From contig CAVTTL010000001.1 of NCBI GenBank assembly GCA_963737635.1, forward strand, positions 1,984,001 to 2,048,000: DNA of 64,000 nucleotides, written 5' to 3'. Below are positions 41,568-51,103 of the stretch, one piece after another. Numbering within the stretch: the first letter of the stretch is position 1; every line of letters begins with the position of its first letter. Made by a program: the position numbers and the translations under genes. The notes beneath the pieces were generated by a model. That model worked only from the letters and a program-made list of their open reading frames with translations, was not told where the DNA came from and searched no databases. The stretch comes from an uncultured Methanoregulaceae archaeon. Lineage in GTDB: Archaea > Halobacteriota > Methanomicrobia > Methanomicrobiales > Methanospirillaceae.

Positions 41568-42185
41568 TTATGCATCCCGGTCTCCCGGGAGAGGAGTGGG
41601 GTCGCGCTTCATGGGACAGCTCCCCGAATAATTGGCTGTGCCCTGCCCGGGCCGGATCGTCACCGGAATCTCGGGGGCCGGGACAAAACCCATCTCCCGG
41701 TAGAAGTCAACCAGTTCCGGCTTCGCATGCAGGTACAGCATCTCGTGCCGGCCGCACTCCTCGATCAGCCGTCTCATGACCAGGCGGGCAAATCCCCGGT
41801 GCCGGTACTCTTCGAGGACATAAACGCCGTCTACTTCAAAGCTATCTAGATGCCGGGAACACCGGGCAACACCGACTAACTGGGTACCAGCAAATGCCGC
41901 AAACAGCCGGTCTGTCGCAGTATCTGCTTTCTGCTGGTTATCGTGGATCCAGAGTTCTTCTTCGGCACGACGCATCTCGTGCGCCGGGAGTTCCCTGACC
42001 TCGACGCTGAGCACGGCCGGGTGGTCTATAAACGCGTGCCCAAACGTAAGAAGCTGCTTCCGGATCCGGCGGAAGATGCGTGGTTGCAAGGTGACAAACT
42101 CCCCGCATTCCTCACCTGCAAGCGCATAGAGTGTAAGCAGGGTCGCATCTTCCCCAGTGGGTTCTTGGTGTATTGCTGATGACAA
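41568..42185 (-). CDS. GNAT family N-acetyltransferase
   Basis: VYVLEEYRHRGFA acetyl-CoA motif A; FYREMGF. Confidence 0.85.
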   Translation of the reverse strand: MSSAIHQEPTGEDATLLTLYALAGEECGEFVTLQPRIFRRIRKQLLTFGHAFIDHPAVLSVEVRELPAHEMRRAEEELWIHDNQQKADTATDRLFAAFAGTQLVGVARCSRHLDSFEVDGVYVLEEYRHRGFARLVMRRLIEECGRHEMLYLHAKPELVDFYREMGFVPAPEIPVTIRPGQGTANYSGSCPMKRDPTPLPGDRDA

Positions 42186-42407
42186 TGCAGACGTATATGC
42201 ATTCTCCTTGTGTAGTATTGCGTGGTCCTGAAAGGGTTTTTTAGTGTCTCCTGTCCCCAGCCAGCACGGAGATAAGAGTTTTCATACGTTTTCCCCTGAT
42301 CCTGCTTATAGGTTACGTCCGGCGGGCTGATATCCGCGGTCTCGTGATCACCCGGTTACACCAAGGAAACTTTATGGTTTATTACCTGCCGGCGTCAATC
42401 TTCGGGT

Positions 42408-42968
42408 ATGACCATTGAATCTGATGCAGTAAAAGACGTTGCCGGCCTCATGGCGCTTGCCGCCCGGACGGCACCGAAAGCCTGCGGCCTTGACTCGATC
42501 AAGATCGAGATCGTAACCGGGAAAGAACAGAAAGAGCTCGGTGATCTTATGATCGCCGAGGCAAAAACGACCGGCATGGATTTCCTCAGGATCAACGGGG
42601 AACAGGTAAAGGCAAGTGACGCCTCGGTCCTTATCGGGGTCGAAGGTCGAAAGACACTCGGCATCAACTGCGGCGGGTGTGGGTATGCGACCTGCGCAGA
42701 GATGGCAGCAGCGCAGAAAACCAAGAAGAACAAGGGCTCTGCCTATGCGGGCCCGAATTGCGTGCTCAAGATCTCGGATCTGGGTATCGCTGTCGGCTCA
42801 GCCGTCAAGACCGCTGCTATCCACAATGTCGACAACCGGATCATGTTCACCGAAGGTTATGTCGCCCTCAAAGCCGGGTACCTGAAAGGATGCAGCGTTG
42901 CCTACGGGATTCCTCTCCGGGCATCGGGCAAGAGCATCTACTTTGATATCCAGTTCCCCAAGCACTGA
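42408..42968 (+). CDS. DUF2148 ferredoxin-domain protein
   Basis: AARTAPKA.G, NCGGCGYATC, GPNC, DLGIAVGSA, VDNRIM. Confidence 0.85.
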   Translation: MTIESDAVKDVAGLMALAARTAPKACGLDSIKIEIVTGKEQKELGDLMIAEAKTTGMDFLRINGEQVKASDASVLIGVEGRKTLGINCGGCGYATCAEMAAAQKTKKNKGSAYAGPNCVLKISDLGIAVGSAVKTAAIHNVDNRIMFTEGYVALKAGYLKGCSVAYGIPLRASGKSIYFDIQFPKH

Positions 42969-43011
42969 TACCATCCTCTTTTATTTTCTTCACGACATGT
43001 ATGCTGATTTT

Positions 43012-43797
43012 TTAGGTAACCATTTCTTTCCATTTCGGGTTCTCCCACATAATATTGAAGGCATTATTGATCGCCTTAGTTACCATATCATTTGCAATCC
43101 AAAGTGCGATCAGGTTTTCGCGGTGTGCTGCTTCCGCTTCAGGAAGAGGGAGCATCATGAGCATTTCCCTGCTATCGATGGTCAGGGTCCGGATGAACGG
43201 TTCCGGAGCGATCTGGATATCGCTTGTCACCTTCGAAAAGGATGCGTACACATCCACGATCTCCTCTTTTATCCGCGCCGGGTTGTTCGACGATATCCGG
43301 ATGATGACCCCCCGCCGCCTGGCGGCACCGATCAGCTGTTTCATCCTTTCAAGCTCCTCCGGGTAATAAAGCGTGCCGAACAAGTAGAGGCTTGTCCGGG
43401 CCCTCTTCATCATATCTGCCGTCTTGACACCGATGTTGTCGATGCCGCGGATGATATGGGCCTCGGGTGGGTCCGCCTCCATGCGTTTCTCATAATGCAT
43501 GGTAAACTCGTCTGCCATCCTGTCGATCTCGGCATCGAATGCGGATTTCCGGTCACCGATTGCCTGGCTGGGACAGACCGGCGATATTTTTGCCGGCCTC
43601 CCTTTCTCGACCCTGATCCAGTCCTGCTTTTCGAGCCTTTTCAGGGTCTCGTAGATCTTTGTCCGGGGAATGCCCGCCTCTTCTGCAAGGGTAAAGGGGG
43701 TGGTGGTACCGATCCGCACCAGCGCTTCGTACGCCTTTGCATCGTAAGTCGTCAGCCCGAGCGTCTGCAGGAGGGCAATAGACTTGGAATCGTTCAT
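43012..43797 (-). CDS. TrmB family transcriptional regulator
   Basis: LGLTTYDAKAY..AGIPRTKIYETLKRL HTH plus C-terminal effector domain. Confidence 0.9.
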   Translation of the reverse strand: MNDSKSIALLQTLGLTTYDAKAYEALVRIGTTTPFTLAEEAGIPRTKIYETLKRLEKQDWIRVEKGRPAKISPVCPSQAIGDRKSAFDAEIDRMADEFTMHYEKRMEADPPEAHIIRGIDNIGVKTADMMKRARTSLYLFGTLYYPEELERMKQLIGAARRRGVIIRISSNNPARIKEEIVDVYASFSKVTSDIQIAPEPFIRTLTIDSREMLMMLPLPEAEAAHRENLIALWIANDMVTKAINNAFNIMWENPKWKEMVT

Positions 43798-43889
43798 AAT
43801 AGGTTCTATGACATTTCCCCGTATATAAGTTACAAAAACATTATCCCTCCTGCACGCAATTCACGCGTGTTAACAAAGGAGACCTGCAT

Positions 43890-44327
43890 ATGTCAACTGT
43901 TGAAGAGAACATGCGTCTCATGCAGACGCTGGACGACGCCTGGAATGCACAGGACTGGGCCACCTTCGAAAAACGCCACGCAGCACAGGTCGATGTCTTC
44001 TGGCCGGGGCAGGAAAAACCGACCCATGGCCGGCCGCCCCACAAGGAAGAAGCGATCGCCTTTTTCAAAGCCTTCCCGGACAACAAGGTCGGGAATCGTC
44101 CCTACAAGACCCTGTTCGGGCAGGGAGACTGGACCTGTTCGGTTGCCGACTTTACCGGTACTTTCAAAGGCCCGATGACCGGACCGGATGGAAATGTGAT
44201 CCAGCCGACCGGAAAGAAGTTCAAAGTCGAGTTCTGCACGGTCGCCCACTGGAAGAACGGGGAGATTACCGAAGAGAAACTCTTCTATGACAAGATCCTG
44301 CTGATGCAGCAGATAGGCCTGATGTAA
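43890..44327 (+). CDS. SnoaL-like ester cyclase / NTF2-fold protein
   Basis: FFKAFPD, FTGTFKGPM..PTGKKF..WKNGEITEE..YD..LMQQIG. Confidence 0.88.
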   Translation: MSTVEENMRLMQTLDDAWNAQDWATFEKRHAAQVDVFWPGQEKPTHGRPPHKEEAIAFFKAFPDNKVGNRPYKTLFGQGDWTCSVADFTGTFKGPMTGPDGNVIQPTGKKFKVEFCTVAHWKNGEITEEKLFYDKILLMQQIGLM

Positions 44328-44431
44328 AAACAGCAGTCGCGTCAGCCCGGACCCGGGCGAAAGATGAGATACCTATCCGGGGGTATATCTTCGTATGATA
44401 GTTAACCGGTAATCAAGGACATACGCTAACT

Positions 44432-45133
44432 ATGAAAGAACAGACCAGGAAAATACCGGAATCAGCCAGTGATTCCATGAAGATCACAGTGAGCACAAAC
44501 GGCCCGTATATTGTCACGGGCGGCGTCCCGCTCATCCGGATGGAGATCTGCAACGATGACGAGGGTTACTGCCGTACTTGGCGGGAAGTAAAGAGGTATC
44601 CAGTGCAGGAGACCTATGCCCTCTGCCGGTGCGGCCACTCGCAACACAAGCCGTTCTGTGACGGGTCGCACGCAAGGATCGCCTTTAATGGCACCGAAAC
44701 TGCCGGGAATGAACCGTACCTCAAGTACCCGGAGATCATCTCCGGCCCGGAACTGGATCTGCATGATTATGAGGGCCTCTGCGTTCATGCCCGGTTCTGC
44801 ATGAGGGCCGGCGGGATCTGGAACCTTACCAAAGTCTCGGATATCCCAGAGGCGAGGGCTACCGCTATAGAAGAGGCATGCAACTGCCCGTCAGGACGAC
44901 TGGTGATCAGGGACCGGAAGACCGGCACGATCATCGAGCCGGAACTGGAAAAGTCGATTGCCGTTATTGAGTACCCTCCCAAGGGAGAGCATGGCCCGCT
45001 CTGGGTCCGGGGCGGTATACCCGTTGTGTCTGCTGATGGTAAACAGTACATTGTCAGGAACCGGCTCACGCTCTGCCGGTGCGGGAAGTCGGAGAACAAG
45101 CCGTTCTGCGACGGGAGCCATATCGAGCAGTGA
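44432..45133 (+). CDS. CDGSH iron-sulfur protein (CDGSH, divergent 4Fe-4S domain, CDGSH)
   Basis: LCRCGHSQHKPFCDGSH, CVHARFC..CPSGRL, LCRCGKSENKPFCDGSH. Confidence 0.93.
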   Translation: MKEQTRKIPESASDSMKITVSTNGPYIVTGGVPLIRMEICNDDEGYCRTWREVKRYPVQETYALCRCGHSQHKPFCDGSHARIAFNGTETAGNEPYLKYPEIISGPELDLHDYEGLCVHARFCMRAGGIWNLTKVSDIPEARATAIEEACNCPSGRLVIRDRKTGTIIEPELEKSIAVIEYPPKGEHGPLWVRGGIPVVSADGKQYIVRNRLTLCRCGKSENKPFCDGSHIEQ

Positions 45134-45176
45134 GAGCGGGCGGACAGAGAACGAGATTAGAGAGGGAATGAAACGT

Positions 45177-45590
45177 ATGAGTTTTGTCGAAGTTGCAAAG
45201 ACAAGCGAGATTCCTGCCGGGACCATGAAACACATTGAAGCCGACGGGAAAGAGATATGTATCGCGAATGTCAGCGGGAAATTCTATGCTATCGGTGACC
45301 GTTGTGGTCACGAGAATGCCAGACTCTCCCGGGGCACCCTCATGGACACTATTGTGACCTGCCCCATGCATTCTTCACAGTTTGACGTAACCACCGGGAA
45401 ACTGATGTCCGGGCCGGTCTTGGAACTTAGTGGGCTCAAGGAAATGTTTACCGGCTGCCCTGAAAAAGTGAAAAAAACGGTGGCGCAAATGTTTGAAGGT
45501 ATTGCCGAAGAGCAGCGCCTGATCAAGACGTACGATCAACCAGTTTATGAAGTGAAGGTCGATGGCAACGACGTGCTTGTCCAACTTTAA
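45177..45590 (+). CDS. Rieske [2Fe-2S] ferredoxin, copy 1
   Basis: CGH..CPMHSSQFDVTTG..GP; start MSFVEVAK. Confidence 0.9.
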   Translation: MSFVEVAKTSEIPAGTMKHIEADGKEICIANVSGKFYAIGDRCGHENARLSRGTLMDTIVTCPMHSSQFDVTTGKLMSGPVLELSGLKEMFTGCPEKVKKTVAQMFEGIAEEQRLIKTYDQPVYEVKVDGNDVLVQL

Positions 45591-45678
45591 ATTTTTGGAT
45601 GTGAAAAAACATGAAAGAAATTATTGGCAAATTAAATGATGTAGCGGAAATCATGAAAAAATCAGCTGGGGTTCAGGT

Positions 45679-46323
45679 ATGACAGGAGAGGAGTGCGTTG
45701 GTTTTCCGGTTCTGGGAGAACCTGCCCCGGATTTTGAAGCAGAAACGACTCAGGGTCCGATCAAACTATCAGACCAGAAGGGGAAATGGGTGGTGCTATT
45801 TTCTCATCCCGCCGATTTCACCCCGGTCTGTACAACCGAATTCATGGCGTTCGCCGCGATTCATGATGAACTTGCAGCGCTCAACGTGAAATTGATCGGG
45901 CTATCTGTCGACAGCGTATCGGCACACCTAGCATGGGTACACAATATCAAGGAAAAGATGGGTGTTGTCATCCCGTTCCCGGTCATTGCTGACCTGAACA
46001 TGAAAGTGGCAAAGAAATACGGTATGATCCACCCGGGCCAGAGCTCGACTACAGCAGTCAGGTGCGTGTTCTTCATCGATGACAAGGGGATCATGCGGGC
46101 GATGATCTACTATCCCCTGCAGAACGGGCGGTTCATGCCAGAAATCGTCAGGCTCGTAAAAGCGCTCCAAACGACCGACAAATACAAGGTGTCGACGCCC
46201 GCCAACTGGCAGCAGGGCGACAAGGTTGTCGTGGCCCCCCCAAAGACCTCGGCCGAGATGGACAAGCGCTTAAGCGAGGGATACGAGTGCAAAGACTGGT
46301 ATCTCTGTTTCAAAAGCATATGA
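45679..46323 (+). CDS. Peroxiredoxin (archaeal Prx6-type)
   Basis: SHPADFTPVCTTEF, YYP..GR, TPANW, C-terminal CKDWYLC. Confidence 0.95.
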   Translation: MTGEECVGFPVLGEPAPDFEAETTQGPIKLSDQKGKWVVLFSHPADFTPVCTTEFMAFAAIHDELAALNVKLIGLSVDSVSAHLAWVHNIKEKMGVVIPFPVIADLNMKVAKKYGMIHPGQSSTTAVRCVFFIDDKGIMRAMIYYPLQNGRFMPEIVRLVKALQTTDKYKVSTPANWQQGDKVVVAPPKTSAEMDKRLSEGYECKDWYLCFKSI

Positions 46324-46483
46324 GCGGGACCGGGATCCCTGCTCCATTTTTTCGCTTGTTAGGTTCTGGTGAGTTAGCAAGCTCAAAGAAAATGATCCTG
46401 GCGGCAGTTGAGAATGCCTTGTAGAATAATAGTTTATCATCGTTATGTGTCAAAGGAAAATTATACCCAAAAGGTGAACTGTC

Positions 46484-46876
46484 ATGAGTTTTGTCGAAGT
46501 TGCAAAGACAAGTGAGATAACGCCCGGAACCATGAAACATGTGGAGGTCGACGGGAGAGAACTGTGTATCGCGAATGTTAACGGTAAGTTCTATGCAATA
46601 GGCGATCGGTGCCCCCATATGAGCGCCCCCCTCTCCATGGGGACGCTTAATGGGACGATCATCACCTGCCCACTCCATTTCTCACGGTTCGATGTCACTA
46701 CCGGGAAGAAGATCTCCGGGCCCGTTGAGGCAAAGATTGAGGGAGCGGAGAAACTTCCTCCAGAGTTCCAGAAGATGATGGTTCATATGGCGGAGATCAT
46801 GGCCCCGGTGAAGACAGGCGATGCACAGATATTCCCGATCAGGATTGATGGCCCAAGGATCTTCGTCAACGTCTAA
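46484..46876 (+). CDS. Rieske [2Fe-2S] ferredoxin, copy 2
   Basis: CPH..CPLHFSRFDVTTG..GP. Confidence 0.9.
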   Translation: MSFVEVAKTSEITPGTMKHVEVDGRELCIANVNGKFYAIGDRCPHMSAPLSMGTLNGTIITCPLHFSRFDVTTGKKISGPVEAKIEGAEKLPPEFQKMMVHMAEIMAPVKTGDAQIFPIRIDGPRIFVNV

Positions 46877-46977
46877 TAAACCGGATTTCTTTGTTTCTCG
46901 TGCAGCATCACAGGTGCCCAGCTCGCGCTTCCTCAAAAAATCTCCCTGATTTCACGGTCTCCAGCCGGAGATACTGC

Positions 46978-47917
46978 CTACCTAGCCCGGGACAGTGGGT
47001 ACTCTTTGGAGAGGTTGTCGATATCGTTGAGGATATAAGCAAACGCAAGCCAGCTCCATTTTCCCCACCGGGCCGCAAGCTCATTCTGGACTCTCTCGAT
47101 CTCCTGCCGGGAGTTTGCCGGTGTCTTGTGATCGTAGAGCTCGCTCATGATCACCACGCTCCACGCATCGATGGGCGGGGTAGACTGGCCAAAGATGATC
47201 GCCGCCGAGTATTTCCCGATACCGGGGATCGCGGTGAGTACCTTCATGGCCTCCTCTTCCGGGGTTTTCGCAGGCTCCCGGAGAGAAATTGGGTGGGTGG
47301 TGAGATACTGAGCCGCCTTGACAAGGCGCTCGGCCCGGTACCCGAGCTTCGCTTTACTGCGGAGGAGCAGCGGATCGAGGGATGCGATGTCTTCTGCCCG
47401 GGGCCAGAGGGTAACCGTGTGATTGTTAAAAGAGATCTCCGCACCTGCGAGCGCGAGGACGGCGTCCATCATCTGTTCGCTCCTTTCGATCGGAGCCATC
47501 TGGAGGAGAATGGCAAGAACAACGCCCCCGAAGATGTCTTCTAGGTTCCCTATCCGCATGCCGGGGTGGTCGGCGACCGCTTTTCTCAATACCGGGTCGT
47601 CCTGTGCAAATGCGTAGAACGCGGCAAGGTCTTCGTCCGCGCCGAGGCCGGTCCGGATGATATCCTTGAGATCGCGCTCTGCTTCATTTTCAAGGGGCGA
47701 TGCGGTGAAAGCCCGGACCCTGACCCGGTTCTTATGGGCAGCCATCACTAACCCGGCCGGGATGGCGCCTACCCGTACACCGGCCCAGAGCGTCCCGTCG
47801 TCGAAAATTTCCTTCCGGGTGGACCACGACCATCCCGCAGGCTTGGCAACAGTGAGCGAGAAATCGAATGGTTCCGGGATTGTAATGGTAAACGTGTGTT
47901 CGTGCCGGGAGCTGCAT
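46978..47917 (-). CDS. AlkA-like HhH-GPD DNA glycosylase; frameshift near 47906
   Basis: LGYRAERL, LTAIPGIGKYSA helix-hairpin-helix, PID. The frame stays open upstream of 47748 (PEPFDFSLTV) back to an out-of-frame ATG at 47917. Confidence 0.85.
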
Positions 47918-48054
47918 CACGCGTAGTTATAGCGCGACTGGTAATAAAACCGGAGATGTTGCCTAGCGCGTGTGGTTTCCGGTGCCATCGTTTTTGATTT
48001 TGTAAAAAAAAAAGATCCACGCAAAAAGAATAATTCAGAGTATAATCATGGTCG

Positions 48055-49119
48055 CTATCTTGTTTTTATAATATCCGGCTCGTATAACCGTCTCCGTTCC
48101 GGCTCCATTGCATCAAGCCTTCTTGTGGCTTCTTCTGGAGAGACAGCACTATATGACCCGTCATCATTCTGTACGACAACCCTTCCCTGAGTCACCATCT
48201 TAAATCGTTCTTTTCTCACGTTAGGATCGGGATGACACACTAACTGACAATGGGAACAAGAATAATCCAGCGAATAGCCCGGTCTGAATGATATGTAAAA
48301 AACATGATCATTCAGCGTGCGTTTAAGGTAAGCGGGCATCGCCCGATCCATTTCCCGGAGTAAATCCTGGTCATCTTCAGGAATCGGATACCGGGATGCA
48401 GACCAGTTTGACCATTGTCCTGATCTGTCAAGACCTGCTATCCCGCCACAGACGTATGCACATCGGGTATACATCCCTCGTTTTGCGTAGGAAAATTCCC
48501 GGTTTCCAAGCTGAACGGTCGTCGTTTCGTTAGGAGAGATGAACCCTGACGGGCAAACTGCCCGGCATAACCGACACCCATTGCAATAATTCTCACGTTC
48601 CGAGAGTGGTTCCGTGGGCGAGAGCTCGGCTTCAGTGACGACAGATCCGAAAATAACTGCAGAGCCATACTCCTTCGTAATAATGTGCCCTGAATAGCCA
48701 AACCACCCGATTCCGGATCTGGCTGCAAGATACCGGTGTGAAATCAGGGGTTTCCGGTCTGAATATCTGGTATCCTCCGAATGGCGGTATTGGAAATTTG
48801 AGCAGATGGGGACCGATTTAAACCCGAGCTGATTGAGGAAATTCGACATCTCAAGCGCGATTCCGTTCGCAAGAGTAGTTGCCCGAATTTTATTGAGATT
48901 ATGCTCTTCATGATTCTCTTTTTTCAGATATCGCTCTATCTTGGTCTGATCCAACGCTAAAGCAAAGCAAATTGCGGATTTGGCTGTCGGAAGGACATAG
49001 GTAAGATCAGCGGATGGAGGTCCACCGGCCAATGTTTCAACGGTAGCGATACCGGCGAGATCAGCGCCAAGACTTTTGGCCATCTCCAGCAATAATTCGC
49101 TCATATTGGTTGATGCCAT
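48055..49119 (-). CDS. QueG-like (epoxyqueuosine reductase / reductive dehalogenase superfamily) Fe-S protein
   Basis: LGADLAGIA, SHRYLAARSGIGWFG, YGS, CNGCRLCRAVCP, CSHCQLVC. Confidence 0.82.
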   Translation of the reverse strand: MASTNMSELLLEMAKSLGADLAGIATVETLAGGPPSADLTYVLPTAKSAICFALALDQTKIERYLKKENHEEHNLNKIRATTLANGIALEMSNFLNQLGFKSVPICSNFQYRHSEDTRYSDRKPLISHRYLAARSGIGWFGYSGHIITKEYGSAVIFGSVVTEAELSPTEPLSERENYCNGCRLCRAVCPSGFISPNETTTVQLGNREFSYAKRGMYTRCAYVCGGIAGLDRSGQWSNWSASRYPIPEDDQDLLREMDRAMPAYLKRTLNDHVFYISFRPGYSLDYSCSHCQLVCHPDPNVRKERFKMVTQGRVVVQNDDGSYSAVSPEEATRRLDAMEPERRRLYEPDIIKTR

Positions 49120-49255
49120 ACATTCTCCATTTTTGTAATAGTGTATATAGGAAAAATTCCCTCAATTACTCTTGCGTCCCTATGAAGACCTTCGATTACG
49201 TGAATCTTATCTACTATGCACCGCATGGTCGCAGGGTTATGACAGTTGAGAAAAA

Positions 49256-49660
49256 TTAGAGGATTTTACTGCCGGCATTCGGGCCCGGCTGGCACTCGAA
49301 GACATCGATGATCTTAACGATTATAAGAGAACGTGCAGGAAGGGCCGGGTTCTTCTTGTTGATCTTTGCCTTCATCTCATCGAAATCCTTACCGCTGGTC
49401 TTGACCGTCGCATGACCCTTGATCTGGAAGCAGCCCTTGATCTCCGGGCCCCAGATATAGAGGGCAATCTTCGGGTTTGCCTTAAGATTTTCAAGCGACT
49501 TGTTCATGAAATTGTCCGTGATCCAGATCGTATCATCGCTGACGAGTTCGACAACGCCGATAGGAACCACATTTGGCATACCATCTTTTGATGCGGTAGC
49601 AACCGGGAAGATCTTCATCTTGCCAAACGCTTCTTTCATCTCTGCAGTTAGTTTCGCCAT
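49256..49660 (-). CDS. Pyridoxamine 5'-phosphate oxidase-like FMN-binding protein
   Basis: VATASKDGMPNVVP, DNFMNKSLENLKANPKI, FQIKG. Confidence 0.88.
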   Translation of the reverse strand: MAKLTAEMKEAFGKMKIFPVATASKDGMPNVVPIGVVELVSDDTIWITDNFMNKSLENLKANPKIALYIWGPEIKGCFQIKGHATVKTSGKDFDEMKAKINKKNPALPARSLIIVKIIDVFECQPGPNAGSKIL

Positions 49661-49693
49661 GATATATCACCAGCAATAAACCCTGTCCGGGGA

Positions 49694-49939
49694 TTACAGC
49701 CCTGCCCGCTCGACGATAACATCAGCGACAGCCTTTGCACTCTTGAACGGAAAGTCCGATGCCTTGAGGAGTTTTCCTGCCTCACCGGCGGTCATCTTCA
49801 GGTCTCCCACTTGACAGGTTGTGTCCGCACCGTTCGGGAATGCAGCGATGAGGTCTTTTGGCGTTGCTATCGGAAACTTTGCTCCTTTGAGGGCTCCGCT
49901 GATCTGTGCGTGGATTTGTTCCTTAACTGATTTGGTCAT
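49694..49939 (-). CDS. MTH865 family protein
   Basis: GAKFPIATPKDLIAAFPNGADTTC..AGKLLKASDFPF. Confidence 0.88.
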   Translation of the reverse strand: MTKSVKEQIHAQISGALKGAKFPIATPKDLIAAFPNGADTTCQVGDLKMTAGEAGKLLKASDFPFKSAKAVADVIVERAGL

Positions 49940-50072
49940 AGTATTTTCACCGGTTGACCATTGCATGATTATGAATATATAGATGAGGGTCATAAAAATA
50001 CACAAACGATTTTAGAGATAGAAAAATGACCCGCATAGTCATAATAGTTCAAATTAAACACCGGAAGAGAAT

Positions 50073-50822
50073 ATGGGAGCAGCACTGGGAACAATGACCG
50101 AGATCCGCGAGCTGAAAACAGAGATCTCCGGGCTGCGGACCGATCTGAAAAGGTTCATTGAACGGGCGAACCAACAGCATGTTGATACTGTCCTTACCGA
50201 TCTGAAGAAAAATTATTCAGACCTTTTCACGAACCACCAGGTCGAGAATGCGAAAGAGGATCTCTCCGCACATATGGTCGGGGACTGCAAGATGCGGGAC
50301 AAATGTTACGGGGTATTCATGGATTTCTTGCAGAATACCGCACAGCATATTAAAGACGGGCAGGTCTCGGATGAAATTATCCAATCTTACCGTGAGCAGA
50401 TGATGATGATGCGGAGCAAGGGTCCATATGATCGTTGCGATACCTGTTTTATCCAGGTCCACCGTCTTTTTGAAAAGCAGATCGACCTGATGCAGTCACT
50501 GGGGATCTATGCTAAAGCACGGGAAGACGGAAATACTGCCCTTGAAATCCTTGATGAGGTCGTGGTAAAGGACATATTGGAGCCTGTTGCGAATCTCCAA
50601 CGTTTTCAGATCCTCAAGTCACTTACCACTCAGACACGGACATTTTCTGATCTTTCGCAGCTGACCGGTCTGCGAGGGGGCAATCTGCTCTTTCACATCC
50701 GGAAGCTTACGGACTCAGGAATGATTCTCCAGCGTCACGAGCGGGGGGATTATATTATCACGGACAAGGGCTACAAGACGATGGCTGCGATTGGAGATCT
50801 CTACAGGGTGCTGTCGATCTGA
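50073..50822 (+). CDS. Transcription regulator with C-terminal ArsR-like winged helix and Cys-containing N-terminal domain
   Basis: VANLQRFQILKSL..TFSDLSQLTGLRGGNLLFHIRKL..GDYIITDKG; N-terminal CKMRDKC and CDTC. Confidence 0.85.
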   Translation: MGAALGTMTEIRELKTEISGLRTDLKRFIERANQQHVDTVLTDLKKNYSDLFTNHQVENAKEDLSAHMVGDCKMRDKCYGVFMDFLQNTAQHIKDGQVSDEIIQSYREQMMMMRSKGPYDRCDTCFIQVHRLFEKQIDLMQSLGIYAKAREDGNTALEILDEVVVKDILEPVANLQRFQILKSLTTQTRTFSDLSQLTGLRGGNLLFHIRKLTDSGMILQRHERGDYIITDKGYKTMAAIGDLYRVLSI

Positions 50823-50878
50823 AAAGCAATTTTCACTTTCAATAATTCAGAACAGAGAATTTGGCCATCGGTTCGGAG

Positions 50879-50953
50879 TGCTGCTATGGGGATTTGAACC
50901 CCAGTCGCGGGCGTGAAAGGCCCGCATGATTGGCCGGTCTACACTATAGCAGC
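50879..50953 (-). tRNA. tRNA-Glu (TTC), intronless
   Basis: Reverse complement GCTGCTATAGTGTAGACCGGCCAATCATGCGGGCCTTTCACGCCCGCGACTGGGGTTCAAATCCCCATAGCAGCA; anticodon arm CGGGC-CTTTCAC-GCCCG. Confidence 0.96.
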
Positions 50954-51103
50954 GCGTTGCTCTAACTAGTTTTACGCGGCTTAATAAATAGGTTATGGAA
51001 AGGGACGGCTTTGCACAGAATATCGGTTGTAAATCTCAAATAGCACGGATAGAGCACGATGCAAATCCATATAAATAGAAAATTTTGATACAAGACAATT
51101 GAA

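Noticed and set aside
42186-42407. Fluoride (crcB) riboswitch upstream of the Hyf-like operon
   Set aside because: I could not find the GGCGATGG..TTCGCC / GCTGATGAC-type consensus on either strand by eye; an Infernal/Rfam scan would be decisive.
9079-50953. Integrated elements at the 3' ends of tRNA-Leu or tRNA-Glu
   Set aside because: I saw no duplicated tRNA 3' end (att site) and no adjacent intact integrase.
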